DNA of 64,000 bases, taken from Anaeromyxobacteraceae bacterium (GTDB taxonomy: Bacteria > Myxococcota > Myxococcia > Myxococcales > Anaeromyxobacteraceae). The notes beneath the pieces are model-generated. The model saw only the letters and a program-made list of their open reading frames with translations. It was not told the DNA's origin and made no database searches. The DNA is taken from positions 173,942 to 237,941 of the forward strand of contig JAULAX010000005.1 in NCBI GenBank assembly GCA_032654565.1, given 5' to 3'. Every line of letters begins with the position of its first letter. Position 1 is the first letter of the stretch. The position numbers were made by a program, and so were the translations under genes. Shown piece after piece: positions 51,846 to 62,000 of this stretch.

Positions 51846-52985
51846 ATGCCCCGCCCCTACGGCGTCTACGTCCACTTCCCCTACTGCGCCCACCACTGCC
51901 CGTACTGCGACTTCGCCGTCACCACCCGGCCGGTGCCGGCCGACGGCCGCTACGCGCGGGCGGTGCTGGCCGAGCTGGGGCTGCGGGCGGCGCCGTTCGA
52001 GCCGCTCCGCTGCGTCAGCCTCTTCCTGGGCGGCGGCACGCCGTCGCGCTGGGCGGTGGAGGAGGTGGCGGCGGTGGTGGCCGGGGTGCGGGCCCGCTGC
52101 GGCCTGCCGGGCGACGCCGAGGTGACCCTAGAGGCCAACCCGGAGTCCTGCGACCGGGAGCGGCTGCTGGGCTGGCGCCAGGCCGGCGTCAACCGGGTCT
52201 CCATCGGCGTCCAGTCCTTCGACCCGGGCGTGCTGGCCCAGCTGGGCCGGCGCCACGACGGCGAGTCGGCCGCCCGGGCCATCGCCGCCGCCGCCGCCGT
52301 CCTCCCCAACGTCAGCGTGGATCTCATCCAGGCGGGGCGCCGCTCCTCGGTGGCCATCGCCGCCGCCGACGCCGCCCGCGCCGTGGCCTGCGGCGCGGTC
52401 CACGTCTCGGCCTACGCGCTCACCCTCGACCCGGAGATCATGGCCGAGGAGGTGCCGCTGGCCCGCGCCGCCCGCACCGGCCGGCTGGCCTTCCCCGGCG
52501 ACGACGAGGCGCTGGCCCAGGCCCGCGCCGCCCGGGCCACGCTGCGCCGGCTCGGGCTGCGCCGCTACGAGCTCTCCAACTTCGCGCGCCCGGGGCGCGA
52601 GTCGCGCCACAACCAGCTCTACTGGGAGGGCGAGAGCTACCTCGGGCTGGGGGCGGGGGCGGCCGGCTGCCGGCGCGGCCCCGAGGGCGGGGTGCGCTGG
52701 CAGAACCTGCGCGACGCCGACGCCTGGCTGGCGGCGGTGGAGGCCGGGCGGCTCCCCACCGGCGAGGAGGACCGCTTCGACGCCACCGCCGACCGCAACG
52801 AGCGGCTCATGCTCGGGCTGCGGACGCTGCGCGGCGTCCCGCTGGCGCTGGTCGACCCGTCGAAGGTCGGCGAGCTGGCGGCGCTGCGCCGCGCCCGCCT
52901 GGCGGTGGTGCGCGGCGACCGGCTGGTGCTGACCAGCCGGGGCCTCGACCTGCAGAGCGCGGTGGCCGGGCGGTTGTTCGCCTGA
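51846..52985 (+). CDS. hemW: Radical SAM heme chaperone HemW (HemN-like)
   Basis: YVHFPYCAHHCPYCDF, GGGTPS, TLEANP, RVSIGVQSF, YELSNF, HNQLYW; alternative start GTG 51834. Confidence 0.88.
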   Translation: MPRPYGVYVHFPYCAHHCPYCDFAVTTRPVPADGRYARAVLAELGLRAAPFEPLRCVSLFLGGGTPSRWAVEEVAAVVAGVRARCGLPGDAEVTLEANPESCDRERLLGWRQAGVNRVSIGVQSFDPGVLAQLGRRHDGESAARAIAAAAAVLPNVSVDLIQAGRRSSVAIAAADAARAVACGAVHVSAYALTLDPEIMAEEVPLARAARTGRLAFPGDDEALAQARAARATLRRLGLRRYELSNFARPGRESRHNQLYWEGESYLGLGAGAAGCRRGPEGGVRWQNLRDADAWLAAVEAGRLPTGEEDRFDATADRNERLMLGLRTLRGVPLALVDPSKVGELAALRRARLAVVRGDRLVLTSRGLDLQSAVAGRLFA

Positions 52986-52998
52986 CCCGGCGCCGGGC

Positions 52999-53292
52999 TC
53001 AGGCCGCGGGCGGCGCGCCGCCCTCCGGCGGCGTCGGCTCGGCGGGCGCCGGCTCCTCGGCGACGGCCGGCTCCTCGTAGGGGATGTAGGAGCCCCCCTG
53101 CGACTGGAGGTCGAGCGCCACCGCCAGCAGGTAGAGCGCCAGCGACAGCAGGGCGATCCCCTGGCCGACGCTCATGGCGATGACCAGCACCAGCGGGTGC
53201 GGGAAGATGACGGTGGCCCCCATGAGGACCATGGCCACCATGGTCCCGATCACCGAGTAGAGGACCATCTTCTTGGCGGTCTGGTGCTTCAC
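52999..53292 (-). CDS. Small two-TM membrane protein coupled to cytochrome gene
   Basis: 97 aa, two hydrophobic helices, start overlaps the upstream stop. Confidence 0.65.
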   Translation of the reverse strand: MKHQTAKKMVLYSVIGTMVAMVLMGATVIFPHPLVLVIAMSVGQGIALLSLALYLLAVALDLQSQGGSYIPYEEPAVAEEPAPAEPTPPEGGAPPAA

Positions 53293-53939
53293 TTGGCCGC
53301 CTCCTTCCTGGCGCCCGGGCGGCGCGCCAGCGCCAGCGGGTGGACCTCGTCATGGCAGTCGATGCACCTGGCCTCGCCGGAGCGGATGTCCGCCAGGCTG
53401 TCGGCGTGCTGCTCGACGTAGCGCTTGGCCGTGGTCGAGTGGCACTGCATGCAGGCCTCGCTCTTGAACGGCTTGTAGAGGTGGATGGTGGGGCCACCCT
53501 CCCCGTCCGGCCCGGTGCCGACGTACTCGGTGATGTACTTGAAGAGGTGCTTCATGCCGTTCTGCTTGGTGGTGATGGCGCCGAACATCTGGTAGTCGGC
53601 GTGGCAGGAGTAGCAGCTGTTCTCGCCGAACTTGTGGTTGCGGCTGTGCAGCGCCGCCAGGCTGTTCGACTTCGGGTCCTCGGCGTCGCGCAGGTACGGG
53701 CCCATGACGTGGCAGGAGCCGCAGAACGGCCGGGTCAGCGTGTACTCGAAGCTGGCGATGTTGCCGGTGAGCGAGACGATGAGCGGGAAGACGCCCAGCC
53801 CGAGCAGCAGCATCGACTTGGTCAGCTGGTTGAGATGGGGCCGCCGGATGATGTACCAGGCGCCGATGAGGATGGAGAGCACCGCGCAGGAGAGCGCGAT
53901 GACCTGGAGGAGCTGCTCGGTGGTGTGGATGGCGGGCAC
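53289..53939 (-). CDS. NapC/NirT-family membrane-anchored tetraheme cytochrome c
   Basis: Two N-terminal TMs; CGSCHVM, CYSCH, CMQCH, CIDCH. Confidence 0.85.
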   Translation of the reverse strand: MPAIHTTEQLLQVIALSCAVLSILIGAWYIIRRPHLNQLTKSMLLLGLGVFPLIVSLTGNIASFEYTLTRPFCGSCHVMGPYLRDAEDPKSNSLAALHSRNHKFGENSCYSCHADYQMFGAITTKQNGMKHLFKYITEYVGTGPDGEGGPTIHLYKPFKSEACMQCHSTTAKRYVEQHADSLADIRSGEARCIDCHDEVHPLALARRPGARKEAAK

Positions 53940-53954
53940 GGGGGGACCTGGCCC

Positions 53955-54233
53955 TCACTTCACGACGACGAGGCCTTCGGTGATCTCCGGCGAGCCCGAG
54001 ACCATGCCCGGGGCGTTGGCCTTGACCCACTCCGCCGCCACCCGGTCCGACTGCATGATCCCGTCGCGGGTCTCGAACAGGCTCAGCGAGGCCCACCAGC
54101 CGTCGCCCTCGTCGATGGCGATGTAGGAGATGAAGCCCGGGACCTTGCGGATGACGTTGATGAACGAGGAGTTCACCTTCTCGTTGAACTCCTTCGGCTT
54201 GGAGAGCTTGTAGCGTCGGATGGTGCCGTACAT
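53955..54233 (-). CDS. Antibiotic-biosynthesis-monooxygenase-like (dimeric alpha+beta barrel) protein
   Basis: 92 aa: MYGTIRRY...VPGFISY...SLSLFET...AAEWV...PEITEG; GGAGG RBS. Confidence 0.65.
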   Translation of the reverse strand: MYGTIRRYKLSKPKEFNEKVNSSFINVIRKVPGFISYIAIDEGDGWWASLSLFETRDGIMQSDRVAAEWVKANAPGMVSGSPEITEGLVVVK

Positions 54234-54402
54234 GTGTCCTCCTGCCGGCTCACCGCCGGCCCGTGGGCTGCCCTGGTTGACGACCGGCCCAGCTTACGCT
54301 GGCCCGACTTGGGTTCACCATCAGAGGTGCGGCGAAATCGCCGGCGCGCGTGACGTGGCGCGTCGTGACCCGCCGTGCGGTCCGCCGCCTGCCCGCCGCT
54401 CC

Positions 54403-54462
54403 GCTGGCCCGCGCCTCGCTGGCCCGCGCCTCGCTCGACCGCGCCTCGCTCGACCGCGCCTC
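54403..54462. repeat. Four 15-bp tandem repeats abutting the OmpA-family stop codon
   Basis: GCTGGCCCGCGCCTC x2 then GCTCGACCGCGCCTC x2. Confidence 0.8.
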
Positions 54463-55369
54463 AGTCGACCGGAAGCGCCTCGACGCGCCGGTTGCGCGCG
54501 TGGCAGGCCTCGGATTCCTCGTCGCAGAGCGGCCGGGACTTGCCGAGGGAGCCGCTGGTGAGCCGGGCCGCGGCCACGCCACGCTCGCGGAGGAACTTCA
54601 CCACGGCGTCGGCGCGCCGCTGGCCGAGCGCCTGGTTGTACGCCGCGCTGCCGCGCCGATCGCAGTGCCCCTCCAGCCGCACCGCGCGGCTGGACTTCCC
54701 CAGGCAGTCGGCGAAGCGGGTGAGCGCCCGGACCGAGGCCGGCGTCAGGGTGGCCTGGTCGAAGCCGAAGGTGACCGGCTCCAGGACGCAGGCGGAGGCG
54801 ACGGGCGCCGTGAGCGTGACCGGCGTGGCGACGGCCGTCTCCTGGACCGGAGCGGCCCCTCCGGATCTGGCCGCCCGATCCGAGCGGTAGGAGGTGGAGG
54901 CCAGCGCCAGCCGGTGGCGGGCCTCCCAGGGGACCAGGAACCCTGACTCGTGGACCACGCTCCCCTTCACCACCGCCACCTCGCCGCCGCGCACCTGCAT
55001 GTCGAGGTGGCCGCGCATCTGGATGCGGTAGCCCTCCATGTAGGTGAAGAACTCGGAGTGGCCGTCGAGCCGGACCTCGACGTCGACCACGTGGGGGCCG
55101 GGGGTGATGGGCAGCTCCACGATGGGCTGCTCCGCCGCCACGCTCACCGCCGGGATGGTGATCTCCTGGCCATCGAGGCGGACCACCACCTGCCTCAGCT
55201 CGGCCCCCTCGGTCTCGTTGGGCCCGAAGTAGATGGCCAGCAGGGCGCCCGAGGCGCCGTCGCTGGAGGCGACCGCCGGCGCCGACAGGGCCAGCAGCAC
55301 CAGGCCGAGGATCACGGTTCGAAGCGGGTCGACTCGTCGTCCGATGAACGGATTGTTGAAGCGCGCCAT
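54461..55369 (-). CDS. OmpA/Pal-like peptidoglycan-binding protein with N-terminal beta domain
   Basis: VTFGFDQATL, LEGHCDRRGSAAYNQALGQRRADAV, SLGKSRP, NRRVE. Confidence 0.88.
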   Translation of the reverse strand: MARFNNPFIGRRVDPLRTVILGLVLLALSAPAVASSDGASGALLAIYFGPNETEGAELRQVVVRLDGQEITIPAVSVAAEQPIVELPITPGPHVVDVEVRLDGHSEFFTYMEGYRIQMRGHLDMQVRGGEVAVVKGSVVHESGFLVPWEARHRLALASTSYRSDRAARSGGAAPVQETAVATPVTLTAPVASACVLEPVTFGFDQATLTPASVRALTRFADCLGKSSRAVRLEGHCDRRGSAAYNQALGQRRADAVVKFLRERGVAAARLTSGSLGKSRPLCDEESEACHARNRRVEALPVD

Positions 55370-55462
55370 GCCACGACCCTATCCCAATCCACGACGGATT
55401 TCGTGGCCCTCTCGGAAACCCCCTAGGAAGGGGGGGTGGCGGCGCCGCGCCTCGTCCGGGGA

Positions 55463-58400
55463 CTACCCGGAGGGAGGCCGGACCAGCACCACCGCCCGGG
55501 CCTGCGCCGCGTCCACCGCCGCCGCGAAGGCGGCGAAGGCCGGGTAGTCGGCCGGCGAGACCCGCGCCGCCGGCACCACCAGCCGCTCCTCCCAGGCCAG
55601 CGCCCCGCCCTCGCTGCGCTCCAGCCGCTGGTAGCGGCCGAAGGGCGAGTCCAGGGTGACCGGCGCCAGGGCCGGCGGCGTGAACCCGGGGGGCGGGATG
55701 ACCCGGACCCTCATGGTGTGGCCGAGCAGCCCGGGGACCAGGAGCGGCGCGGTGCGCGAGGAGAGGCTGGCGAACTGCCTGGCCAGCCGGGTCGGCGGCC
55801 CCAGCCACTCCAGCCGCAGCCCGGCACCGGTCTCCCGGGCCACCGCCGGAGCCCGCCCCCGCCAGCGGATGGTGAGCGGCTGCTCCGGCTGCTCCATGCC
55901 CTCCAGCCGGACCTCGGCCACCGCGAAGCCGTTCAGCCCACCGCCCAGCAGCGCCTCGATGGCCTGCCGCTGCAGGGTGTCGTCGGCGCGGCGGAACAGG
56001 TCCTTGACGCCCGCGCCCACCACCCCGGAGAACCGCTCCACCCCGGACAGCTCGGCCGAGCCGTCGGCGGCCAGCCGCACCTCGTACTCCATCTCCCGCC
56101 CCTCGCCGGCCGGCGGCTCGGCCGGTGTCCGCTCCCGGGTGGGCGGCTCGCCCGGCCGCGGCAGGATCAGCGCCTCGCGGTCGCGCAGCGTGTCTCGGAG
56201 CGCGCCGAAGGGGACCTCGCGGGCGACGCCGTCGAGCCAGGCCGGGCCCGCCGGGAGCGCCACCCGCAGCAGCAGCGCCGACCAGCTCTCCTCGCGCCCG
56301 AAGCGGGAGGGCTCCTGGCTGCCGTCGAGCGGCGTCACCAGCGCGAAGCGCGCCGGCACCCCCAGCAGGTCGAGCAGCGCCGCGGTGAGCACCAGCCGGC
56401 TGCCCCGCCCCTCGGAGAGGATGGCGCTGGCCGGGGCCAGCCGGGCGCCGCCGTCGCTGGGGAGCCGGGTCCGGGTCTCCTCCCAGGCCGCCCGCGCCAG
56501 CGCCTCGGGCGTGGCGCCGGCCCCGCAGCGGGCCCGGACCGCCGTGGCCACGGCGCGCAGGTCGGCGGTGGGGCGCAGCAGCCCGGCCATGGCGCTGGCC
56601 CGGCGCCGCTGGACCGGCTCGGCGCCGTCGCCGACGCCGGCCTGGACGAAGGGGAGCAGCTCCTGGCCGGGCGGCGAGCTCGGCTCGGCTCGCACCCGCG
56701 CCACGTCGCGCCGCGCCACCCGCAGCAGCTCGTGGTCACCCTCGGTGGTGACGCCCACCGGCTCCCCCAGCCGATGCCCCTCGGCCTGCAGCCCGAAGCC
56801 GCGCGAGGCCCGGACCACGTAGCTGGAGGAGACCACCCGCTCGCCCAGCTCGGCCAGGTAGAACGGCGCCGCCGCCACCGGCGGCACCGGCCGCGGCGCC
56901 CGGTTGACGCGCAGGTACTCCAGCTCGAAGAAGTCCCCCGGCGCCAGGTTGGGGAGCGAGTGGCTCCCCTTGGCATCTCCGAGCTCGGGCTCGACGACGC
57001 GGCCGTCGGCCTTGAGGGTGCGCAGCCGCAGCAGCTGGGCGTCGGCCGGCGGCACCACCTCGCCGTAGCGGTCGATGGCCTGCTGGTCGAGGAGCCGGAT
57101 CACCTGGTGGACCCGCTCGGTGGAGCTGCCCCCGGGGTGGAACTCGACCGCCGCGGCGTCGAGCACCAGCACCGCCGAGCCGGTCTCGGCGGGGGCGGCG
57201 GCCCGGTAGGCGCGCACCGCCGCCGCGCCGTCCACCGCCAGGTCGTCGAGCGCCTCGCCGCCGTCCTCCAGCGCCAGCAGCCGCCGCGTCGCCAGGTCGG
57301 CGCCGTCGAGCCGCAGCGCCTCCTCCCGCGCCGCCCGGGCCCCGGCCCGATCGCCGTCGAGCTCGAGCTGGTCGGCCAGCGTCCGCGCCAGCCCGCCGTC
57401 GCGCGGCCAGGCCTGGCGGAGCGAGCGCAGCAGCGCCACCGCCCCGGGCGCGTCGCCGGCGGCTCGCCGCGCCTGGGCCAGGCTCCAGCCCAGCCGGACG
57501 TCGGTCGGGTCCCAGCGGCGCAGCGACTCCAGCACCGCCACCGCCCCGGCGGCGTCGCCGCGCCGCAGCCGGTGCTGGGCCAGCCGCGGCCGCCCGCCCG
57601 GGCAGCCCTGCCCCTCCTCCACCAGCCGGTCGGCCCGCGCCACCTCCTCGCGCTGGTTGGCCAGGTCGAGCAGCAGCGGGAGGGCGCCGCAGCGCCCGCC
57701 GGCCGCCAGGGCCCGCGCCGCCAGCGCCTCGGCCAGCTCCGCCTGGGCCCGCGCCCGCGCCACCTCGGCCCGCGCCAGCAGCGCCGGCCAGCGCTCCCGC
57801 AGCGGCTCGGGCAGGTCGGACAGCAGCGCCTCGGCGTCGGCCGGCCGGTCCGAGGCCAGCAGCAGCCGGCCCAGCGCCAGCCGCGCCGGCCCGTCGCCGG
57901 GATCCTCGGCCAGGGCGCGCCGCAGCGCCTCCTCGGCCCGGCTCCGCCGCGCCTGCTCGTCGAGCGAGCCGTCGGCCAGGTGCAGCCGGCCGCGCAGCGC
58001 CAGCAGCGGGGCCGAGCGCGGCGCCGCCGCCAGCCCCGCCTCGGCGAGCGCCTTGGCGGCCTCGACGTCGTTGACGGCGTCGCGGGCGGCGAGCAGCAGC
58101 GCCAGCGGGCGCCCCTCGGCGGAGAGGTCGTCGGCCAGCCGGCTCGCCACCCAGGCCGGGGGCGGCGGCGGACCGGGGCGGGCGGGGCGCAGCGGCCCGG
58201 GCGGCCGCGGGCTGGAGCGCAGCCGCGCCGGCCGGCCGTCGGCGCGGGAGAGCCCCAGCATGAAGGCGGGGGCGCCGGCCTCGCGCCCCACCTTCACCAG
58301 GAGTTGATGAGGGCCGGGGGCGAGCTCCACCGCCACCAGCACCTGCCCGGCGCCGGCCTCGACCCAGGTCCGCCGCTCCCCCAGCGGCGCGCCGTCGAGC

Positions 58401-59095
58401 CAGGCGCGGTACGGGCCGTCGCCGCGGAGCATGGCCAGGTGCGGCCCGCCCTCCAGCACCTCCAGGTCGGCGGCCAGGTAGTGGAAGGCGCCGTCGAAGG
58501 GCTCCGGGTCCAGCGTCACCTCGCCGGTCGGCACCTCCAGGGGACGGGTGGGGCGCGCCGGCGCCAGCAGCGGCCCGGCCACCGACGCCGGCAGCTCCCC
58601 CTGCTCCGGCGGGAAGGGCCGGTCGAAGTCGAGGGGGGCGAAGTCGCCGAAGGGTCCGGCCAGCGTCCAGCGGGTGATGGTGCCGTTCTCCGCCCGCAGC
58701 GCCGCCACCCGCTCACCGTCGCCGCGCTGCTGGGCGGCGACGATGCGCGCCACCCGGGCCCGGGAGGCGGCCCAGCCGGTGAGCGGCCGGCGCGGCCGCA
58801 GGCCGGCCAGCGCCGCCTCCACCGCCGGCCCCAGCTCCGGGGCGTCGAAGGCCAGCCGGGCCAGCTCGCGCAGCGCCACCAGCGCCAGCGGGTGGTCCGG
58901 GCTCCCCTCCACCAGCGCCGCCAGGTGGGCCACGGCCCGCTCCGGCTGCAGCGCCCGCTCGGCCTGGAGCGCGGCGCCGAGGCGGGTCCAGGGATCGGTG
59001 GGGCGGCCGGCGGCCAGCGACTCGAGCTGGGAGCGGGCCGGGCCGACGCAGGCGGCCAGCAGCAGCAGGAGCGGCGCCAGCCGGAGCCCGCTCAT
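55463..59095 (-). CDS. TPR + DUF3857 + degenerate transglutaminase-like lipoprotein
   Basis: ATG at 59095; lipobox LLAAC; WTLAGPF domain, TPRs, LRTLKADGRVVEP and PNLAPGDFFELEY (DUF3857-like), GRGSRLV at the catalytic Cys position. Confidence 0.75.
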   Translation of the reverse strand: MSGLRLAPLLLLLAACVGPARSQLESLAAGRPTDPWTRLGAALQAERALQPERAVAHLAALVEGSPDHPLALVALRELARLAFDAPELGPAVEAALAGLRPRRPLTGWAASRARVARIVAAQQRGDGERVAALRAENGTITRWTLAGPFGDFAPLDFDRPFPPEQGELPASVAGPLLAPARPTRPLEVPTGEVTLDPEPFDGAFHYLAADLEVLEGGPHLAMLRGDGPYRAWLDGAPLGERRTWVEAGAGQVLVAVELAPGPHQLLVKVGREAGAPAFMLGLSRADGRPARLRSSPRPPGPLRPARPGPPPPPAWVASRLADDLSAEGRPLALLLAARDAVNDVEAAKALAEAGLAAAPRSAPLLALRGRLHLADGSLDEQARRSRAEEALRRALAEDPGDGPARLALGRLLLASDRPADAEALLSDLPEPLRERWPALLARAEVARARAQAELAEALAARALAAGGRCGALPLLLDLANQREEVARADRLVEEGQGCPGGRPRLAQHRLRRGDAAGAVAVLESLRRWDPTDVRLGWSLAQARRAAGDAPGAVALLRSLRQAWPRDGGLARTLADQLELDGDRAGARAAREEALRLDGADLATRRLLALEDGGEALDDLAVDGAAAVRAYRAAAPAETGSAVLVLDAAAVEFHPGGSSTERVHQVIRLLDQQAIDRYGEVVPPADAQLLRLRTLKADGRVVEPELGDAKGSHSLPNLAPGDFFELEYLRVNRAPRPVPPVAAAPFYLAELGERVVSSSYVVRASRGFGLQAEGHRLGEPVGVTTEGDHELLRVARRDVARVRAEPSSPPGQELLPFVQAGVGDGAEPVQRRRASAMAGLLRPTADLRAVATAVRARCGAGATPEALARAAWEETRTRLPSDGGARLAPASAILSEGRGSRLVLTAALLDLLGVPARFALVTPLDGSQEPSRFGREESWSALLLRVALPAGPAWLDGVAREVPFGALRDTLRDREALILPRPGEPPTRERTPAEPPAGEGREMEYEVRLAADGSAELSGVERFSGVVGAGVKDLFRRADDTLQRQAIEALLGGGLNGFAVAEVRLEGMEQPEQPLTIRWRGRAPAVARETGAGLRLEWLGPPTRLARQFASLSSRTAPLLVPGLLGHTMRVRVIPPPGFTPPALAPVTLDSPFGRYQRLERSEGGALAWEERLVVPAARVSPADYPAFAAFAAAVDAAQARAVVLVRPPSG

Positions 59096-62000
59096 GTCCC
59101 ACCGCCCGCGGCGACGGGGTCGAGCCGCACCACCACCGTCCGGGCCACCGCCCGGTCGAGCGCCACCAGCTGGTCGCGGAAGGCCGGGTAGTCGCCGGGC
59201 GGCACCCGGTCGGACTTCCAGGCCATGCTGAACTCCGCGACCACCCGGCCCGGCTCGGCCCGGTACTCGAGCGACCAGTCGAGGTGCGGGCCGGTCGACG
59301 CGGCCGGGGCCGGGAGCTCGAGCACCGCCACCCCCGGGGGCAGCTCCACCTGGTAGGTGGCCCGGCTGGTGGCCGGCTCGTCGAGCTGGAGCGGCAGGCG
59401 GCGCGTCGAGAGCTGCGCCCAGCCGTTGGACATGCTGGCCGGCTGGCCGAACGGGGTGAAGGAGAGGGTGCCGGCCTCGGCGCGGGCGAAGCGCGGCAGC
59501 CGGGCGGTGTAGGCCTCGCGCACCGGCTCCTCGAGCCGCGAGAGATCGGAGAAGGTCACCTGCTCGACGCGCAGCCCCGGGTAGAGCTGCCCCAGCGAGC
59601 GCTCCAGCGACGGCGCCCGGTCGGCCTCCGACTGGAAGGCGCGGCGCAGCGCCGCCGCCCCGGCCCCGGCCTGGGTGAAGCGCGCCTCCACGGTGGCGGC
59701 GCCGTCGGCCTCGAGCCGGAAGGTCACGTCGTTCTCGGTCCGGTTCTCCCCGGGGCGCGCCAGCGGCAGCGTGCCGAAGCGGGGCGGCCCGGCCGGCTCG
59801 ATGACCAGCACCGTGGCCCCGCGGTCGGCGCCGGGCACCTCGCCGGTGCCGCTGTGGACGGCGGTGCCGTCGAGCCAGAGGTCGAGCGAGGGGACGCGGA
59901 GGATGGCGTGGTTGAAGACCGCCAGCGAGGCCGGGGCCTCGGGGACGGCGCCGAGGTGGCTCATGCGCAGCAGCACCAGCCGCGACTCGATCCCCACCGA
60001 GGCCAGCAGGGCGTGGGTGAGCGAGGCCTTGTCCTTGCAGTCGCCGAAGCGGCGGTCGAGCACCTGGTCCACGGCGTAGGGCTTGTAGCCGTGGATGCCG
60101 AACTCCAGCGCCACGTAGCGGGTCTGCATGACCACGAAGGCGTGCAGCGCGGCCACCACGGCGCGGCGCGCCCCCGGCTCCAGCGCCTCGCCCCCGCCGG
60201 GCGGGAGCGCCGCCGGGAGCCCGCGGGACCGCAGCGCCTCGCCGGCCAGCCGGCGGGCCAGCGCCTTGAGCTCCTCGCCGGGGCGCAGCTGCTCCTTCAC
60301 CAGCCTCCAGTAGAAGGCGTTGACCTCGTCCCAGCTGGCGAAGGTGGAGACGTGCAGGTAGCGGAAGACCTCGGACCACCCGGGCAGGCGGGGCTCGCCG
60401 ACGAAGCGCGGGGTGGCGCCGGCCGACCAGCGGTGCTCGGTGAGCCCGCCGGGGAGCGATCGGGTGGCGTAGCTCACCCCCGCCGGCTGGTTGGCGTGGA
60501 TGGCCCGCGCCGAGGGGAGCAGCAGCACGTACTCGAAGCTGCGGCGCGCCGGGCCGCCGTCGACGGGCGTCAGGTCGTTGAAGGCGTCGGCCAGCAGGTT
60601 GGACTCGGCCACGTCGTCGAGCCGCCAGGCCACCTCGAGCACGTCGCCGGGCTGCAGCGCCGTGAAGGTGAGGGTGCGGACGTGGGTGTCGTAGTACATG
60701 CGGTACCAGGGCTCGCTGGCGCTCGACTCCTGGTCCTCCCAGGCCTCCACCACCGTCCCGTCGGGCCGGTGGATCCGGCCGCGCTCCACCCGCAGCTCCT
60801 GCCGGCCGGGGGTGAAGGCCTGCGACTGCCGGCGGGCCTCGTCGACGCCGCGGGCCGTCAGCACCTTGATCACCGACTGCTGGAAGCGGGAGGCGAGGCC
60901 GCTCTGCTGCACCCGCACCACCTCCAGGTCGGAGAGCACCACCAGGTCGTCGCCGGGCGCGGCGGCCAGCGGCGCCCGGGCCAGCGCCGCGGCGTCGGCG
61001 ACGTAGGGGGCCTCGAACGGCAGGCGCGACGGCTCCAGGCTCTGCACCAGCTGCTTGAGCGCCGGCTGCTGGGGGCGCAGCTCCAGCGCCCGGCGCAGGT
61101 CCAGCAGCGCCTCGCCGGGCCGCCCGGCCCGCAGCCGGGCCCGCCCGCGCCGCTCCCAGCCCTCGGCGTCCTCGGCGCAGAGCCGCAGCGCCGCCTCGAA
61201 CTGGGCCTCGGCCTCGTCGCCGCGGCCGTTGGCCGCCAGCAGCTCGGCCAGCCGCAGCCGCAGCGAGGCGTCGGCGGGGTCGAGCCGCTGCGCCTCCTCC
61301 AGCAGGACCACGGCGCCGGACACGTCGCCGAGCTGCAGCAGCAGCGAGGTGAGCTGGGCCCGCGGCCCCGGCAGGTCGAAGGCCAGCGCCACCGCCGTCC
61401 GCAGCCACCCGGCGGCGCGGCGCGGCTCCGACCCCTCGCTGGCCGCCTGGGCGGCCGCCTCCAGCGCCGGCGCCGTGGCCGGCACCCGCTCGGCCAGCGC
61501 CAGCCGCTCCAGCCGGGCCCGCGCCCCCTGCCCGGCCCGCTCGCGGGCCTGGGCCAGCGCCAGCCGCGCCTCCATCCAGCCCGGCGCCGCCGCCACCGCC
61601 CGCTCCGCCGCCCGGACCGCGTCGTGGGTCCGGTCGAGCCGGAGCAGCTCCTCGGCCAGCAGCCGCTGCACCCGCGGCTCCCCGGCGTCGAGCGCCTCGG
61701 CGGCCCGCAGGTGGTCCAGCCGGCGGTTGCCGTCCTCCTCCTGCGAGGCCGCCAGCAGCCGCCCCTCCAGCCAGCCCGGCGCCGCCTCCACCAGCCGGCG
61801 CGCCAGCACCGCCGTCTCGGCCGAGCGCGGCGGGAAGGTGCGGCGCAGCGCCAGCGCCACCAGCTGGGCCCGCAGCGCCTCGGCGAAGGCGCGCCGGGCC
61901 GGCCCGCCCACGCCGCCAGAGAGGGCCGCCGCCTGCGCCGCCAGCCGCTCCACCAGGCCGGGGATGTGGCGCGGCCCGGGGCCCGGCGCCGGCAGCGGCG

